Below, one piece after another: positions 35,879 through 49,134 of a DNA stretch of 64,000 bases. Source of the stretch: an uncultured Nitrososphaeraceae archaeon. GTDB taxonomy: Archaea; Thermoproteota; Nitrososphaeria; Nitrososphaerales; Nitrososphaeraceae. Position numbers and translations under genes: made by a program. Under the pieces are notes generated by a model, which was not told the origin of the DNA, did not search any database, and worked only from the letters and a program-made list of their open reading frames with translations. Within the stretch, counting starts at the first letter, position 1; the number at the start of each line of letters is the position of its first letter. The stretch covers positions 1-64,000 of the forward strand of contig CAVXZB010000042.1 of the NCBI GenBank assembly GCA_963765895.1, written 5' to 3'.

Positions 35879-36901
35879 GCTCTGTTGCATGATCAATTAG
35901 GATTTAATTCATTTATGCAGATGATTATGATTATGCCATTTGATTGAACATGTTATACAGAGTTGCCTTTAGAAAGATCTCCTTTACCATGTTAGGAAAT
36001 TTTCTAGCTGTTACATGTTCACCAAACATTCTTTTAATAGATGAAAAGGCAGTTTCTGCCATCCATCTGTACCCATAATTCACTCTGCGCTTCCATCTTT
36101 TGAGGTTTGCATGTTGTCTCATTACAGACATATTCCTAGCATGACAGTTAGTCGGTCTAACCTTGGAATTACTTCTTGTCTTTATACCAGGCTTAATGTG
36201 GTTCTTTGATAGGTATCTAAAATTGTTATTGCTGTCGTACATACCATCTGCTAATATGCCTTTTACATGATTACCTCCAGCAGCAGAAGAAGAAGAAGAA
36301 GCATTGTCTACCAACTTACTTAACATCTTACCATCATGTACTTCTTCACTTGTTACTTCCAAGGACAGGATTCTTTTCCTCTTGATGTCAACTGCCACAT
36401 GTATCTTTAGATATCCTTTTCTAACATGCCATTTATGCCGCATCCATTCTCCACGATTAGCTACTTTAATGCCAGTGCTGTCTAAAGCATTGACAATATC
36501 ATTTCCCAATCTTTCATTGATTTTAATTTCCAGTTTGTTTATACGTCTATTGATGGTACTATAATCTGGTATGCATGGTACTTTAGTACTTGCGTGAGCT
36601 ATGACTACACCCTGTGTTTGTCTATATGGTAGATGGAAATATGCTCTCATGTAGCCTAGGAGCTGAATAAATGAATCTGGGTAGGCGTATGGTTCACCAA
36701 CCTTACCATGGTTCATTTGAGATAATTCATGATCCCAACCATCAAGTACATCATAATCCAAGAGTACATTGACCACGTCTTACTAGTGATTCATTGTACG
36801 AAGGCCAGTCAATCAAATTATTACATAATTACTACTGGTAAGCTAAATGCAGATTGGTCAAATAAGCAATACCTACAACATAATAAATCATGCAACAAAG
36901 C
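35879..36901 (-). mobile_element. IS5-family insertion sequence, ~1023 bp
   Basis: Inverted repeats gctctgttgcatgat / atcatgcaacaaagc; flanking direct repeat aaaaattggt at 35869-35878 and 36902-36911 (8-10 bp depending on end assignment). Confidence 0.92.
35931..36816 (-). CDS. IS5-family DDE transposase (frameshift near 36770)
   Basis: LDSTGIK, KIHVAVD, LADGMYD, RWMAETAFSSIKRMFG; N-terminus MIDWPSYNESLVRRGQ lies in another frame from TTG 36816. Confidence 0.9.
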
Positions 36902-38459
36902 AAAAATTGGTTTAGATAACAATGAGGCATCTCTGCTTATCATTAACGAGCAAGGTACAAGCAAGGACGAGATTCAAGAAAGAATTCATAGGAAATACAA
37001 TATGACTTATGATTATATAGAAAAGCTTCAATCGAAAGGCGATTTATCTATCGTGACTTCTTCTGAATGGTATCTTTCTAATCATGGTAGCGAATCCAGC
37101 GGTGTTGGCGGCCACATTGGAGGTAAAAGTAGCATCCAAAACAAATCGATGGTAGATAAAGAAAAGGTTAGACAATCGTGGATCAATTTAGTCAATAACG
37201 CCGTGAGCAGAGGAAAGATAGGAGCCAGGGTATTTGTAAGTACAAATCTATTCTTTAGACTTGGATTAACAAAGGAATTTTTAGATTATGAATTCATGCT
37301 TCCAGTTAACTTTGATTTTCCGATTGTTGTAATGTGCGCATATCAAGCTAGTGATTTATCATCATCATGTACAAGCAGTGAAGAAACTAGGAAGCTTTCA
37401 TTACATCATTCATATATACAGATAGGTGCCAAATATGATGTAATTGAAAATCCTCCCGCACACGGACATATCGCTATTCTATATGATAATGAGGATTATC
37501 GAGACACATTAGTTACAGATTATATCAATGAGGGATTAAAAAGAAGACAGTTATGCGTTTATGCTAGCATACAATTCCGAAATAATGCGCATCTAAGAAA
37601 AATTAAGTCAAGGATTATTAATTTTGATGACAATATTAAAGTCGAGTATCAAAATAAGCATTTTGATGAATGCATCGAACTAGAAGAATGGTGGCATAAA
37701 AGACCAGTCGAAGCATCTGTTCTATGCCCTTATCGTAAATCATTAATAGATAAATTTCCATATGATTATCACAGATATCGTGTGTTTGCTAATCATGATA
37801 CAATCATAGATGAACGTGCACAAGTAATCGGTTCCTTTATTTGGAGGCCACACAACAATAGTAACTATAGTAATAATAACACCGCCAAGTTAACTACTTA
37901 CAGTAAAGTAAAAACGTCCGCAACATCCGTAACATAACAATAGGGTATGTATCCATACTGTCGCAATACTGACTAAAAAATGAGAAAGATTTATTTGGTA
38001 TCAATTCATCTATTTGCCGCAGACAGAATTAAATGCAGCATATACTATGAAAGGCAATGGGAGACGAATTACTTATAATCGCCTGCATACAAGAAAAAGA
38101 GCAAATGTTACCAATAGCTTCACTCACGTAACAGTCCCTTTTCCAACTAATATCTAATTGTGGTTACCTATACAAACTATAACCATGAATGCGTGGTTCA
38201 GTTCTAATAAAGCAGTACAAGTGATAGATTCATTTTCCCACAAGCCTACGCAAGACCTCATTTTATTTCCAATTGTAAATGAAAGTTTTCTAGAGATGAT
38301 CTGACTTATTTATGGATTAGGATGATAAGTCCTTGCATAACTGGCAATACGCAAATATAATTGGAAATAATATTAATTTTGTATTGTACGATTAATATGG
38401 TGTCCTAGATATTTGAAATTCTAATTTATGGAATTTTCGCTAGATTGCCGTTACGGTAT

Positions 38460-38699
38460 CTAATCAAAGAGATTTCCAATGACCTGTAACGTGAATCCAA
38501 CGACAAGTAATAGTGCTCCGGCCTGTGCAATTTGAGTTTCTATAAGCCTATGCTTTTCTTCATGCACATTATAAGATTCGTCAGTTTCTGATTCCTTCCT
38601 TATAGTTCTCTTACTACGAAATATCCTTCCATACGCGATTAACACTGATGCTATTAGATTAAAACCAAGTCAGATAATTGTTATTGAATTAACTGACAT
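38460..38699 (-). pseudogene. Small two-TM protein with an early in-frame TGA
   Basis: MSVNSITII*LGFNLIASVLIAYGRIFR...AQAGALLLVVGFTLQVIG. Confidence 0.5.
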
Positions 38700-39201
38700 T
38701 ATATCTCACTAGATCTTTTATCTAGGTTAGTTATTTTAATTAGGCGCAACTTGCAGTATTTTTATCAATTGATTTAATGTTTTTCTTAATTAGAGCATAG
38801 GAAATGAATTTATGATCATGTCATACAATATCACTAGCCAGAAATGGTCTTGGCAATGCTATCGAGACAAGATTCTATGAGCCAATAGATGAGTAGTTTA
38901 ACAGGTGCTAGGAATTCACAACGTCATCTTAAGTAGACATAATGTCTTTCATAGAATCTATAAAGCAGATAATGGACCTTAGAGACTAAAAACCCATGGA
39001 ACTAGCAATTTAATTACACGGTATAAATATTGTCTGGATCTAGAAGATGTAAGACAAAAAGACGAAGAGCGAAATCATACACAATGGTCTACAGACCTGT
39101 TATTATTCCAAAATTTGAGATTAGGTGGTGGATTTCTTTTTATACAGTGCAGTAAATATGTCATATTAATATACCATATAGTATAACATAATTTCGTTCT
39201 A

Positions 39202-39330
39202 ATGATTGGAAAATGTGATAATTGTGGTCTGGAAAATGTCGAGATAATGAGTATTAGAAAGGAGAATTCATCGGATAAATTAAATTTATGCAATCAATGT
39301 AGACCCGCCGATGGTGCATATGGATATTGA
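39202..39330 (+). CDS. 42-aa zinc-finger microprotein (not in the ORF track)
   Basis: MIGKCDNCGLENVEIMSIRKENSSDKLNLCNQCRPADGAYGY*. Confidence 0.6.
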   Translation: MIGKCDNCGLENVEIMSIRKENSSDKLNLCNQCRPADGAYGY

Positions 39331-39518
39331 AAATTTTAATATCCTTTTACATAATGAACTTCGTATACCGTTCTGAGATATTATATAATATATTTAGATG
39401 AATCTGAAGCCAAACCGAGATTATACATGCCTGTCACATACAACACTTGATGGTTCTTGTTTTGTGCTATATTCAGGTCATCTCATAATTAGCCTAAGAG
39501 ACTATTTAATACATCGAA

Positions 39519-39926
39519 TTACGTTATCGGCCCGCTCAGCAGGCGTATATCTTTGTGGCTTAAAATGGGATCATGAATCATGCATCCAAGGATTATTTTA
39601 TTTAATTTGCATATTGATATGTGTTTTTCTATAACGCCTTCTATTTCTGAGGATAACGAGGTTGGTAAGTCGCTATATTCAAATGCACTCATTAGGAGGA
39701 TCTTTACACTAGACTTTATCTTTTTTATTTCCTTGACGAATTCACAGCCGTTCATACGAGGCATCTTAATATCTGAGATTACAAGATCGTAATCAGCGAA
39801 ACCCGACCTAAACGTTTCTAAGGCTTCTAATGGATTGATAAAAGGTAACGCAGATAGACCTACTTTAACTAGACTAACCTTGATTAGAGATGCGATATCA
39901 AAATCGTCATCCACCATTAATATCAA
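39519..39926 (-). CDS. Stand-alone response regulator receiver
   Basis: ILMVDDD...YDLVISDIKMPRMNG...ILLMSAF. Confidence 0.8.
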   Translation of the reverse strand: MILMVDDDFDIASLIKVSLVKVGLSALPFINPLEALETFRSGFADYDLVISDIKMPRMNGCEFVKEIKKIKSSVKILLMSAFEYSDLPTSLSSEIEGVIEKHISICKLNKIILGCMIHDPILSHKDIRLLSGPIT

Positions 39927-40726
39927 CCGTGCATGGTATTACTTATTACCAACTTATTTAATGTCTACCTTGACTTAATTAACTAAATAATGAAAAAATA
40001 GTACATAATAGCTGATAATGAAGATTTTTATTCTATTTCTGATTTCAGTGATTAAATACCTAAATTAAGGACTTGTCTGACTTTTTAGAGTAATATATTA
40101 ATTCCGCAGATTTTTACTAGTATTATGTATACTATATTCATAATTATAATTATAATTATAACACAATTATTCGGCCAGATCTACTTAGAGGTGGAAAACC
40201 AAAACAAATAGGCCTAGTATAGGTTGTAATGATGTCGTATACTTTCCGAACGAACACTAATTGAATTATTTTCCTAATACAGATTAGTACTTGATTTCAA
40301 ACTAATATATTGTAGGGTACTGGTGACTGCTAACAGATACGTTTGTTTTATAATCCATTCATAAGTATTTTGTATAAATTACGAACTTTCTCAATACGAA
40401 ATAAAATCATCCGAACTAGACTCAGTCAAAAAAATGGATTACCACTTGTAACCACTATCTACATAGATTTAAGCATCTGTTTAGATGGCTCTACAATCAG
40501 AGGGACAAAGATGATGCAATATCACGATCAGAATTGGTATTGTCAATTTCACTTCGCTTAGATTGAGTTTTCTTCTATCTGTATTTCATCATAGCAGACT
40601 TAGTATATCCATTGTCTAACGAGCTCTTGTGTTAGTTACATTGGCAAAGTTATTCATCAACCAGACATGATACATCAATAATTCCTGAATCATACAAAAA
40701 ATAGTGATGGTAGCAATCATTACGTC

Positions 40727-41156
40727 TTAAGTAGATATTCCTCCTCTTTTACTCATATCATGGATAACTCTGTTGCGATTAGCAGGTTGTCTAGTGTGCT
40801 GGGTAACACCTCCAACCGAAATCCGGTCATTTTCATTTTGCTTGTTGTACCAATCTCCCAAGGTATTTTCTGGACTATCACCTGAGTATGATGTTGCAAT
40901 GTCACCAAGGTTCCTATCACGAAGCTCAGTGGCAACTAACCCTCTAATTTGACCAGCAGTTACAGTTTTATCTTCTGTTTGTTCTTGTGTCTGTTGCTTT
41001 TCATTATCACCACCAACATTTCGACCTATGCCACGTTGATTATTCCTTTTTTTAGATTGTGAATCTTGATCAGTGGATACCTGTTTTGTGATTTTGTTGA
41101 GCGCACTACAGATAGCAAGGGCTATTGCTATAGTGCTTACTGCGATATATCTCCAC
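40727..41156 (-). pseudogene. Open frame of ~140 codons with hydrophobic start region but no start codon
   Basis: WRYIAVSTIAIALAICSALNKITKQ...ELRDRNLGDIATSYSGDSPENTLGDWYNKQ...RGGIST*. Confidence 0.3.
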
Positions 41157-41526
41157 TACGTGCCTTTTTAAAGTACAATTTCAATTGCAATACCTATCTA
41201 TACATAGAAAGCCATTTCTAAGATGAAAATTAGTAGAAATTACTAGATATGCTTATGATAGTGTATCTGTGTTGGCACAAATTATATTACAAAATATAAT
41301 GCTATTACCCGTTCCTTGGATTTGGCTTTGATAGAATTGCCTTCTCTTTATTTACTTGTCATTTTGCTGAAGTTAAGTTGTATATTACGGTGTTGTATGT
41401 TTGTTTTTCTATACGTTGGAGTTGCATGTGTTTTATCAATGGTGCTGCTTACTCCATTATGGATTTTGGATGAGATAGTATAATATTTACTGTCCCAAAT
41501 ATCCAATAAAGTAGATAATTAAAGGC

Positions 41527-42500
41527 ATGGTTAGGACTACTACCACTAAAATAAGAATACTTTGTATTACTCATGAACAAGATGTAGATGGTTTGTTCTG
41601 TGGAGCAATTTTGAAGAATGCTTTTCCGGATACACTAGTCTTCCTTACAAATTATGGACATGAAAACATAAAAAGAATCGCTGATGTAATAAGATTTAAT
41701 GTGAATAGATCAAGCAAGAGTGGCACAATTGTAATTTCTGATTTAGCACTTAACAACAACAATTTAGAAGATGTCAAATCAATCGAAGAAGCTGCCAATC
41801 AATCGAAGAGAAAAGGATGGAATTTAGTTTGGTTAGACCATCATTGTTGGCAAGGAGAAATAAGAAGAAGAGTACAATCCTTTGCTACTCTTATCTTATC
41901 AGAAGGTCAGGAACAAAATTGTGCTTCTGAACTTGTAGTCAAAAATTTTGATTTAAAGAAAAGAACTGCATGTGAAAGAATGGCAAAGTTTGCACACGTT
42001 TTCGACTTCAGATTACCAGAATCAATACTTTGCCGCCACTGCCTGAGATTATTACATTTTATCGTAGTCTCCCTGATAGATACGGAAAGTTACAGTTGAT
42101 AATAAAGAAGGCATCAAAAGGGATATTTTGGGACGAAGAGTTACAGGAAGAGTACGAAAAACAGTATCTGCCTCTCAAAGAATGTGCTATATTATCTGCG
42201 ATGAAATCACTTTCAATACATAATATACAGGGTTTAATTGTTGCTATAACTGAAGCCCCAAGAATATTGTCTAAAAGCTTATTGGCAGACAAAATATTTC
42301 AAGATAGAACAAATGTGACACTTGTAGTATTATATGCCAAAGACGGAAAAATAAGTATCAGAAGAAGAACTGGAACAGATATAAGATGTGATTTGATCGC
42401 CTATAAATTAGGTGGCGGAGGTCATAGTTATGCCGCAGCTGGAATTATAAAAAGTTACGGAGAAGCAGCAACAACATTGACCGCTCCAAGAATAGTATAA
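41527..42500 (+). CDS. DHH/DHHA1-family phosphoesterase, frameshifted near 42030
   Basis: THEQDVDG, ISDL, WLDHH, CASELV, KISIR, GGGGHSYAAAG. Confidence 0.85.
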
Positions 42501-44514
42501 GAATTACAAAATACTCTGAAAGATATAGTCTCTAGACATTAATGTTTTTAGTCTTACTGGATATTTTGTGAATAGTAAAAGTCGACTAGTTATCATATTA
42601 TTATCCCAATGAAATAACTATCATGAACATTTGATCAAACATTGATAGGCAACAACATTGAACTCCTCTACATGCAGGGACCTAACCCCTTGGACCCACC
42701 ATAAAGTTGTTTCAAAGTTCAAAAACAGAAAGAGATCTCACTAGGCTCGTTACTACGTTATGTTTATGCATAATCATATAAGGGAGCCTCAAATGTTTAG
42801 AAACAAAGTATTTCAACCAGCATTAACAGGTACAAAATGTTGTACATGATGTAAATCTGTACAAAATAAACAGAAACGATCTACAAAATTATTGATGAAT
42901 GCGAATCGAATAATAAAATTATTATCAAATGCCACTGCTGTAGCTATCAAACTAATATTGAAAGAGAATATGCACATCATAGAATATTGATACATTCGTG
43001 TAAATTCGCTTATCCATCACAAATAGACATGGAAAATATTGGAATTAGAAAGTTGGAAGTGAGAAGATATGAGCAAACAGCTAATTGAACGAAATGAAGG
43101 AGGATACCCTATAGCACAAGCAAACAGTTTGGTCAAGAGGAACGGCAACCCAGCAAATGTAATCATCGGTGATTTAATCGCATCCCATATTATCTTATTT
43201 GCGAAAGGTTTATCCTGAGAAATTAGGGAGATGATGTTTTTACAGGTTCCTTATCTTTTTATAGTGATAATTAAGGATGATATCTTCTGGCTGGCATTTT
43301 AAATGTAATAATGCGGTCTCCGAACATTTCTTAGGTCTCCTATTCTAACACTACACTGAATTAGGAAACAACCCAGCTATCATGGTGTTTATGTGATGCC
43401 ACATCCAACTCTATAGATCACTGACAAATTGTATCACATCCGATTCCTATTATGACCACCACCAACAGTGATCCAAAGGGAAAAATGGTATTGATCATAG
43501 GAGGAGGCGCGCATGCTCATATTTCAGGTCACAAACCAAGCTATCTATACACATACAAGACAAAATTAGTCTGAGCTCGATAAACGCTAAAATTATCAGT
43601 ACTTATGATAGATTCACTGGCTCAGAAACAATCTGGCGACAGTACAAATTCAGATATCTATAGATAGTAGCAATTAGTGAATGTAAAGCAAAAAGTATAT
43701 AGTTCATAAGCAGGTTTTAACATATCGGATAATATTTGATTCGAATCCGGTTTAGTTATATCGGAAAAACTGTTCTAAGTGGATATGCGAGCATACCACA
43801 TTATAAATATTTTCAAAAATGAGACATTATAAGTATAGACGGACTGTTCTATATACATAGACATTGATGAGAACATTTCATTTATAAAAGCCATGGGTGC
43901 TTGTTATGTACTGCCTGCCATACATCAGATCATGCTAGGTTAATATGTGGTTGCTCATGATGGCGTGCCAATTCATGCACTTGTACAGTTCCAACAATTC
44001 TCTCTATTAGTAATTCAATCGCTAACACGCCCAGGAATTTTGCAATTAATTAGCCGGGGTCTAATCAAGTGTTCTACCATGGTTACCATACCATGTTATG
44101 AGAAAAGCGATGATCTGACCATCGGGTTTAACGGCTTTGCATATAGCGCGGGACTATAGTAGTGACGGACTTAAATTCATGCTTAGTCTTGCAGTGGGGT
44201 AGAGGCAAGAGTGGATTTTACGTCCAAGTGAAAAAGAAGTATATCCCACAACCGGGTACAGCAGGCTTAGGCAGGGGCTAACTTGGCCAGAGGTGGTACG
44301 TACGGTACAGGTCACCAATTAAGTAGACGGTATATACAATTACGAATCACGAATGGTAAGTTATTATTAGATATTATCTATTTTTTAATCGCCGTTCGTT
44401 TGCATTACATTGCAAGAGAATGCAATATTTTGCAGTATACTCCACTTATTGTATATTATATGCGTTATTTAGTTGTTTATATAGTATTTTATATAATGCT
44501 GCGCAATCTTTAGT

Positions 44515-45374
44515 ATGAGAGCTGCACGGATTATAAAACCGAAAGAAGCACTGAAGGTACAGGAACTTGAGACTCCAAAACCAAAAGGTTCTCAAGTGTT
44601 AGTTAAAGTGTTGTCATCAGGTGTATGTCACAGTGATATTCACTTATGGGAAGGAGGGTATGAAGGACCAGGAGGCACGTTTCTAAAAACCACGGACAGA
44701 GGTGTGAAATATCCGGTAACACCTGGACACGAGATTGCAGGAACTGTAGAAAGTATAGGTGAAGAGGCAGAAGATCGATTTGTCAAAAATGATAAAGTTC
44801 TGGTATATCCTTGGATTGGCGAAGGAACATGTCCTGCATGCAGAATTGGAGAAGAAAATCTATGCGATAAACCCAGATCATTAGGAATATATAATGATGG
44901 AGGATACTCAGATCATGTTCTTATTCCAAGCTATAGATATCTCGTAAAAATAGAAGATGATCTTGATATCAACGAAGCTGCCACACTATCGTGCTCTGCT
45001 CTTACAGCATACAATGCCGTAAAGAATGCTAGATTACGACCAGATGATAATGTTGTAATCGTTGGAACAGGAGGATTGGATTTAATGGCTATGCAGCTAG
45101 CCAAGGCCATCGCTGGAGCGAAGATAATTGCAATAGATTTAGAAGATGACAAATTAAAGGTCGCAAGAAAGGATGGACATGCCGATAATATAATTAATTC
45201 AAAAAAAGAAGATCCAGTAAAAACAGTAAGGAGATGGATGAATTAGTATCATTGGCAAAAAGAAAGATAATCAAACCAGTAGTTTCAGATAAATTCAAAT
45301 TGGATCAAGCAACGGAGGCACTCTCAAAACTAAAAGATGGTAAAATCATGGGAAGAGGAGTGATAACTCCTTGA
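44515..45374 (+). pseudogene. adh: Zn-dependent alcohol dehydrogenase with internal deletion
   Basis: GVCHSDIH, GHEIAG, CPACRIGEENLC; KEDPVKTV jumps to DELVSLAKRKIIKPVV...GKIMGRGVITP*, so part of the Rossmann fold is missing. Confidence 0.8.
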
Positions 45375-46811
45375 TTCAGCAAGAGCAGAAACGATACGAA
45401 GAGTCAAATAAAAAAACGGTCAAGACCAAAAATCCTGTAACCGAGGAGATCTTAGATGAATATGATATCCTAAATAAACAACAAACTAATGAAGCGACTA
45501 AGAAAGCAAAGGATGCATTTGTTCGAGAATGGAGTACTCTAAATATTGATAAAAGGACCGGCTTCCTTCATGATTTTGCTGCCGAACTAAGGAAAAATAA
45601 AGAACATCTCGCTAAAACTGCAACACTTGAAATGGGAAAGGTAATAAAAGAATCTAAATCTGAGGTCGAAAAATGTGCATGGGCAATAGAATATTTTGCC
45701 GATAATGGAAAATCAATTTTAAATGACGAGATAATTAATACTGATGCTAGAAAAACCTTCATAACTTTTCAGCCTGTTGGGGTAATAGGAAGTATTATGC
45801 CCTGGAATTTTCCCTATTGGCAAGCTTTACGGTTTGCCGCCCCTTCACTGATGGTTGGTAATACAATTGTTTTAAAGCCTGCAAGTGCAACGATGCAATG
45901 TGGATTAGAAATCCAAAACATGTTTACAGCTGTTGGGTTACCAGATGGGGTATTTCAATCATTAACAGGTGATTCAAGTGTTGCAGAAAATCTGATAGAT
46001 TCTCCAGACGTTAATGCTGTGACCTTTACTGGTAGCGTATATGCCGGAACAAAGGTGGCCCAAAGAGCAACATCGCAAATTAAGAAGTGTGTTCTCGAAC
46101 TTGGTGGAAGTGATCCGTTCATAGTTTGTGATGACGCGGATATTGAAAAAGCATCTGATGGAGCCGTGAAGGGAAGATTTATCAATTGCGGTCAGAGTTG
46201 TATTGCTTCAAAACGGTTTATCCTCGACAAGAAGATCTCAAATGAATTTGTCGAAAAGTTTGTACAAAAAAGCTGAGAAACTTAAGTTGGGAGATCCTAT
46301 GTCTAAAGATACTGACATCGGGCCTTTGGTCAACGAACAAGGATTAAAAAATATAGAATCTATCGTTAATGAATCCATCAAGGAAGGTGCTGAGCTATTA
46401 ACAGGTGGCGAACGTTCTGGAACCAGTGGATATTTTTATCGTCCAACTATAATAAAAAACGTTTCACCAAAGATGCGTATATCCAAAGAAGAAGTGTTTG
46501 GTCCTGTGGACTCGGTACTCACTGTTAATGATGAAGATGAAGGCATTAGACTAGCAAATGACACTCAGTATGGTCTTGGAGCAAGCATATGGACACAAGA
46601 CTTAGAAAAGGCAGAAAAATTATCGAGAAAGGTTTCTTCTGGCATAGTATCTGTCAATAATGTTGTTGCATCAGACCCCAGAGTACCATTTGGCGGTGTA
46701 AAGAAAAGCGGCTTTGGAAGAGAGCTATCAAGATATGGAATGCTAGAGTTTGTTAATATAAAATCAGTCCGATTTTATGATGACTTGGTGCATCACCATC
46801 ATGTGGAGTAA
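45371..46811 (+). CDS. NAD(P)-dependent aldehyde dehydrogenase (succinate-semialdehyde DH-like), frameshift in A-run ~46266-46271
   Basis: IMPWNFP, FTGS, LELGGSDP, NCGQSCIA, EEVFGPV, PFGGVKKSGFGRE. Confidence 0.88.
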
Positions 46812-46840
46812 ATAAGTGGTATTTACTAAGGGATGAAAAG

Positions 46841-48292
46841 ATGTTGCCAAAGTCAGATAATATGAATGGTTTCGCTCAGTATCAAGAGCAACAACACCAA
46901 CACCAACAAAGTCGTAACACCAAACAAGTACTAATTCTGGGTAGCGGCTTTGCTGGAATAGAGGTTCTAAAAAGGGTTCAAAAGAAATTTAAAAATGATA
47001 AAAAAGTTCAAATTACTCTGGTAAGTAAAGACAACTTTCTTCTCTTCACTCCAATGCTTCCGGAAGTTGCATCTGGTATGATCGAAACAAGACACATAGT
47101 AACGCCTATACGGGAATTTTGTAAACAGGCCAAATTTTATGAGGCTAGTGTAAAGTCGATCGATTTCGATAATAAACAAGTAGTAATAATGCATGCAATT
47201 GGTAGACAGTCTAATCCAACCGCTTGGGATCAACACATACTAAAATATGACTACCTGGTAATTGCCTTAGGAAGTGAAAATAACTTCTTTAAAATGGCAG
47301 ATATAGAGAAACACTCCTTTACCATGAAGGATATTGGAGATGCCATTATTCTAAGAAATCATATTATAAACATGCTCGAACAAGCAAATCTCGAAGAACA
47401 CAATAAAGAATTAAGAAAAAGTCTTTTAACTTTTGTTGTGGTCGGCGGAGGATTCAATGGTGTTGAAACAGTGGGAACGATTAATGATTTTGTACGCGAA
47501 TCCATTAAGGATTTCTACAAAAATATCTATATGACAGAAGTAAAGATAATACTTGTTCACACGGGTGATAAATTACTTGAACAAATAGATGAGGATTTAG
47601 GTGAATTTGCATTAGAAAAGCTAAAGGCCAAGGATGTAGAGTTTATAATGAATACTCATGTTGTTGGAGCGACTCAAAATGCTGTAAAGTTGGATGATAA
47701 TAATACTACTACAATTCCTAGTCATACTCTTATTTGGGCTGCAGGCGTTAGCCCAAGTAAGCTAGTCAGTGAGCTTGGTTGTGAACATGATAAAAAACAT
47801 CGAATAATAGCAAACAACTATTTAGAAGTACCCGATCATGACGGTGTTTATGCACTTGGTGATTGTGCATCTATAACCGATCCCAATACCGGAAAGCCTT
47901 ATCCTCCTACGGCTCAGCATGCAATAAGACAAGGAAAAGTAGCTGCAAAAAATATCATTTTTGCAATTAAAGGAAAAACCAAGAAAACAAAATTTGATTA
48001 TAAAACAAAAGGAATGATGGCAGAATTAGGAAAAAGGACAGGTGTGGCAACGATATTTGGGATCAAATTGCATGGATTTATATCATGGTGGCTCTGGCGT
48101 ACTTACTATTTAGGTAATCTCCCAACTCTAAATAAAAAACTAAAGGTTATGGGTGATTGGACTCTAGATTTAATATTTAAACCAGGTGTAGCCATGATAA
48201 AGAGATCTGAAATGGGAAGCAGTTCTGAAAAAATTGAGAAGGAGATGACTGATGCTACGACCACCACCAACAACAGACAGGATGCTCAATAA
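46841..48292 (+). CDS. ndh: Type II NADH dehydrogenase-like FAD oxidoreductase
   Basis: ILGSGFAG, YDYLVIALGS, VVVGGGFNGVE, YALGDCA, PPTAQHA. Confidence 0.85.
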   Translation: MLPKSDNMNGFAQYQEQQHQHQQSRNTKQVLILGSGFAGIEVLKRVQKKFKNDKKVQITLVSKDNFLLFTPMLPEVASGMIETRHIVTPIREFCKQAKFYEASVKSIDFDNKQVVIMHAIGRQSNPTAWDQHILKYDYLVIALGSENNFFKMADIEKHSFTMKDIGDAIILRNHIINMLEQANLEEHNKELRKSLLTFVVVGGGFNGVETVGTINDFVRESIKDFYKNIYMTEVKIILVHTGDKLLEQIDEDLGEFALEKLKAKDVEFIMNTHVVGATQNAVKLDDNNTTTIPSHTLIWAAGVSPSKLVSELGCEHDKKHRIIANNYLEVPDHDGVYALGDCASITDPNTGKPYPPTAQHAIRQGKVAAKNIIFAIKGKTKKTKFDYKTKGMMAELGKRTGVATIFGIKLHGFISWWLWRTYYLGNLPTLNKKLKVMGDWTLDLIFKPGVAMIKRSEMGSSSEKIEKEMTDATTTTNNRQDAQ

Positions 48293-49134
48293 ATAATGCG
48301 TCTCATGACAAACAGAATATGGTGCGCGACTTTTTTAATTCTAACCAATAACAACCTTACCATGGTACATCTGCTATTCACGACCTACATCTGATAGGTA
48401 TAGATGTTCGTTTAATAATTTTCATCTATAAAACTAGTGCTCTCTAGAGAGATTCGTAAAACGTAGATCTATCAAAAATTTTATGTGGGTAGAACAAACA
48501 TGATTAAAATAATCTTAATCAATGAAAGTTTTAATCCTTATCTGGCTATCTGATACCTATAAATAAGTGCAGAATTTGTTCAACACTTGCATAACCTGAA
48601 ATTAACAGTCCATTGTACTATGCTAACTAAAAAATATTGGTCAAATTCTGAATGACTATTGTGCATAAATTCTATTAGAAACTATTCTATGCTACCTTTG
48701 TATTTAATGAAGTGAATATTCATATATGAAGTGTCCCTTAAGTGATAGCTGTTACTTGATTTGGGGGTAACTAAAATAATCTTCAGAACTCTGAAGATTA
48801 AATAGACCTTCCCAGCAGCTGAGTGCTGTGTCACTAAGATCAAAAAGCCTTATCTCTAGGCCTATGTAATTTTTATCTAATCTTAAATGTTAAGCCCGTA
48901 ATACTACAATATATCTAAATTACGACTGAAAAAAGGTAACATGACATGACATGACGCTGCTACCGTGGATACTTTTAAGGTTATTTTGACAATTTGTGAG
49001 GGGCTTAATTGGAAATTAATTTAGGTAAGATAATGTTGAATATTACTCTGGTTAATAAGAACTTCTCTAAAAGTAAATACTGGATTCGAAATCAATAACG
49101 ATACTCTGTTTGTGTGTCTCCATAATATAGGATA

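Larger units (their letters stand above)
35780..37937 (+). pseudogene. Tandem MEDS-domain protein interrupted by IS5 element
   Basis: MNNRVFEKNNHILAVYTNKDNELEDALHFLKIG|LDNNEASLLII rejoins in frame on IS removal; second repeat HGHIAILYDNE...YINEGLKRRQLCVYAS. Confidence 0.8.

Noticed and set aside
36729-36901. N-terminus of the 402-aa ORF as native protein
   Set aside because: It lies inside the IS, partly antisense to the transposase; the native start is at 35780
33863-38699. In-frame TAG/TGA as Pyl or Sec recoding
   Set aside because: Stops fall at hydrophobic or Gly-type positions in genes or regions with other lesions; no recoding machinery in the window
44040-44320. GC-richer intergenic stretch as ncRNA or intron
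   Set aside because: No recognisable tRNA, SRP, RNase P or group II motif and no convincing long stem by eye; needs an Rfam scan
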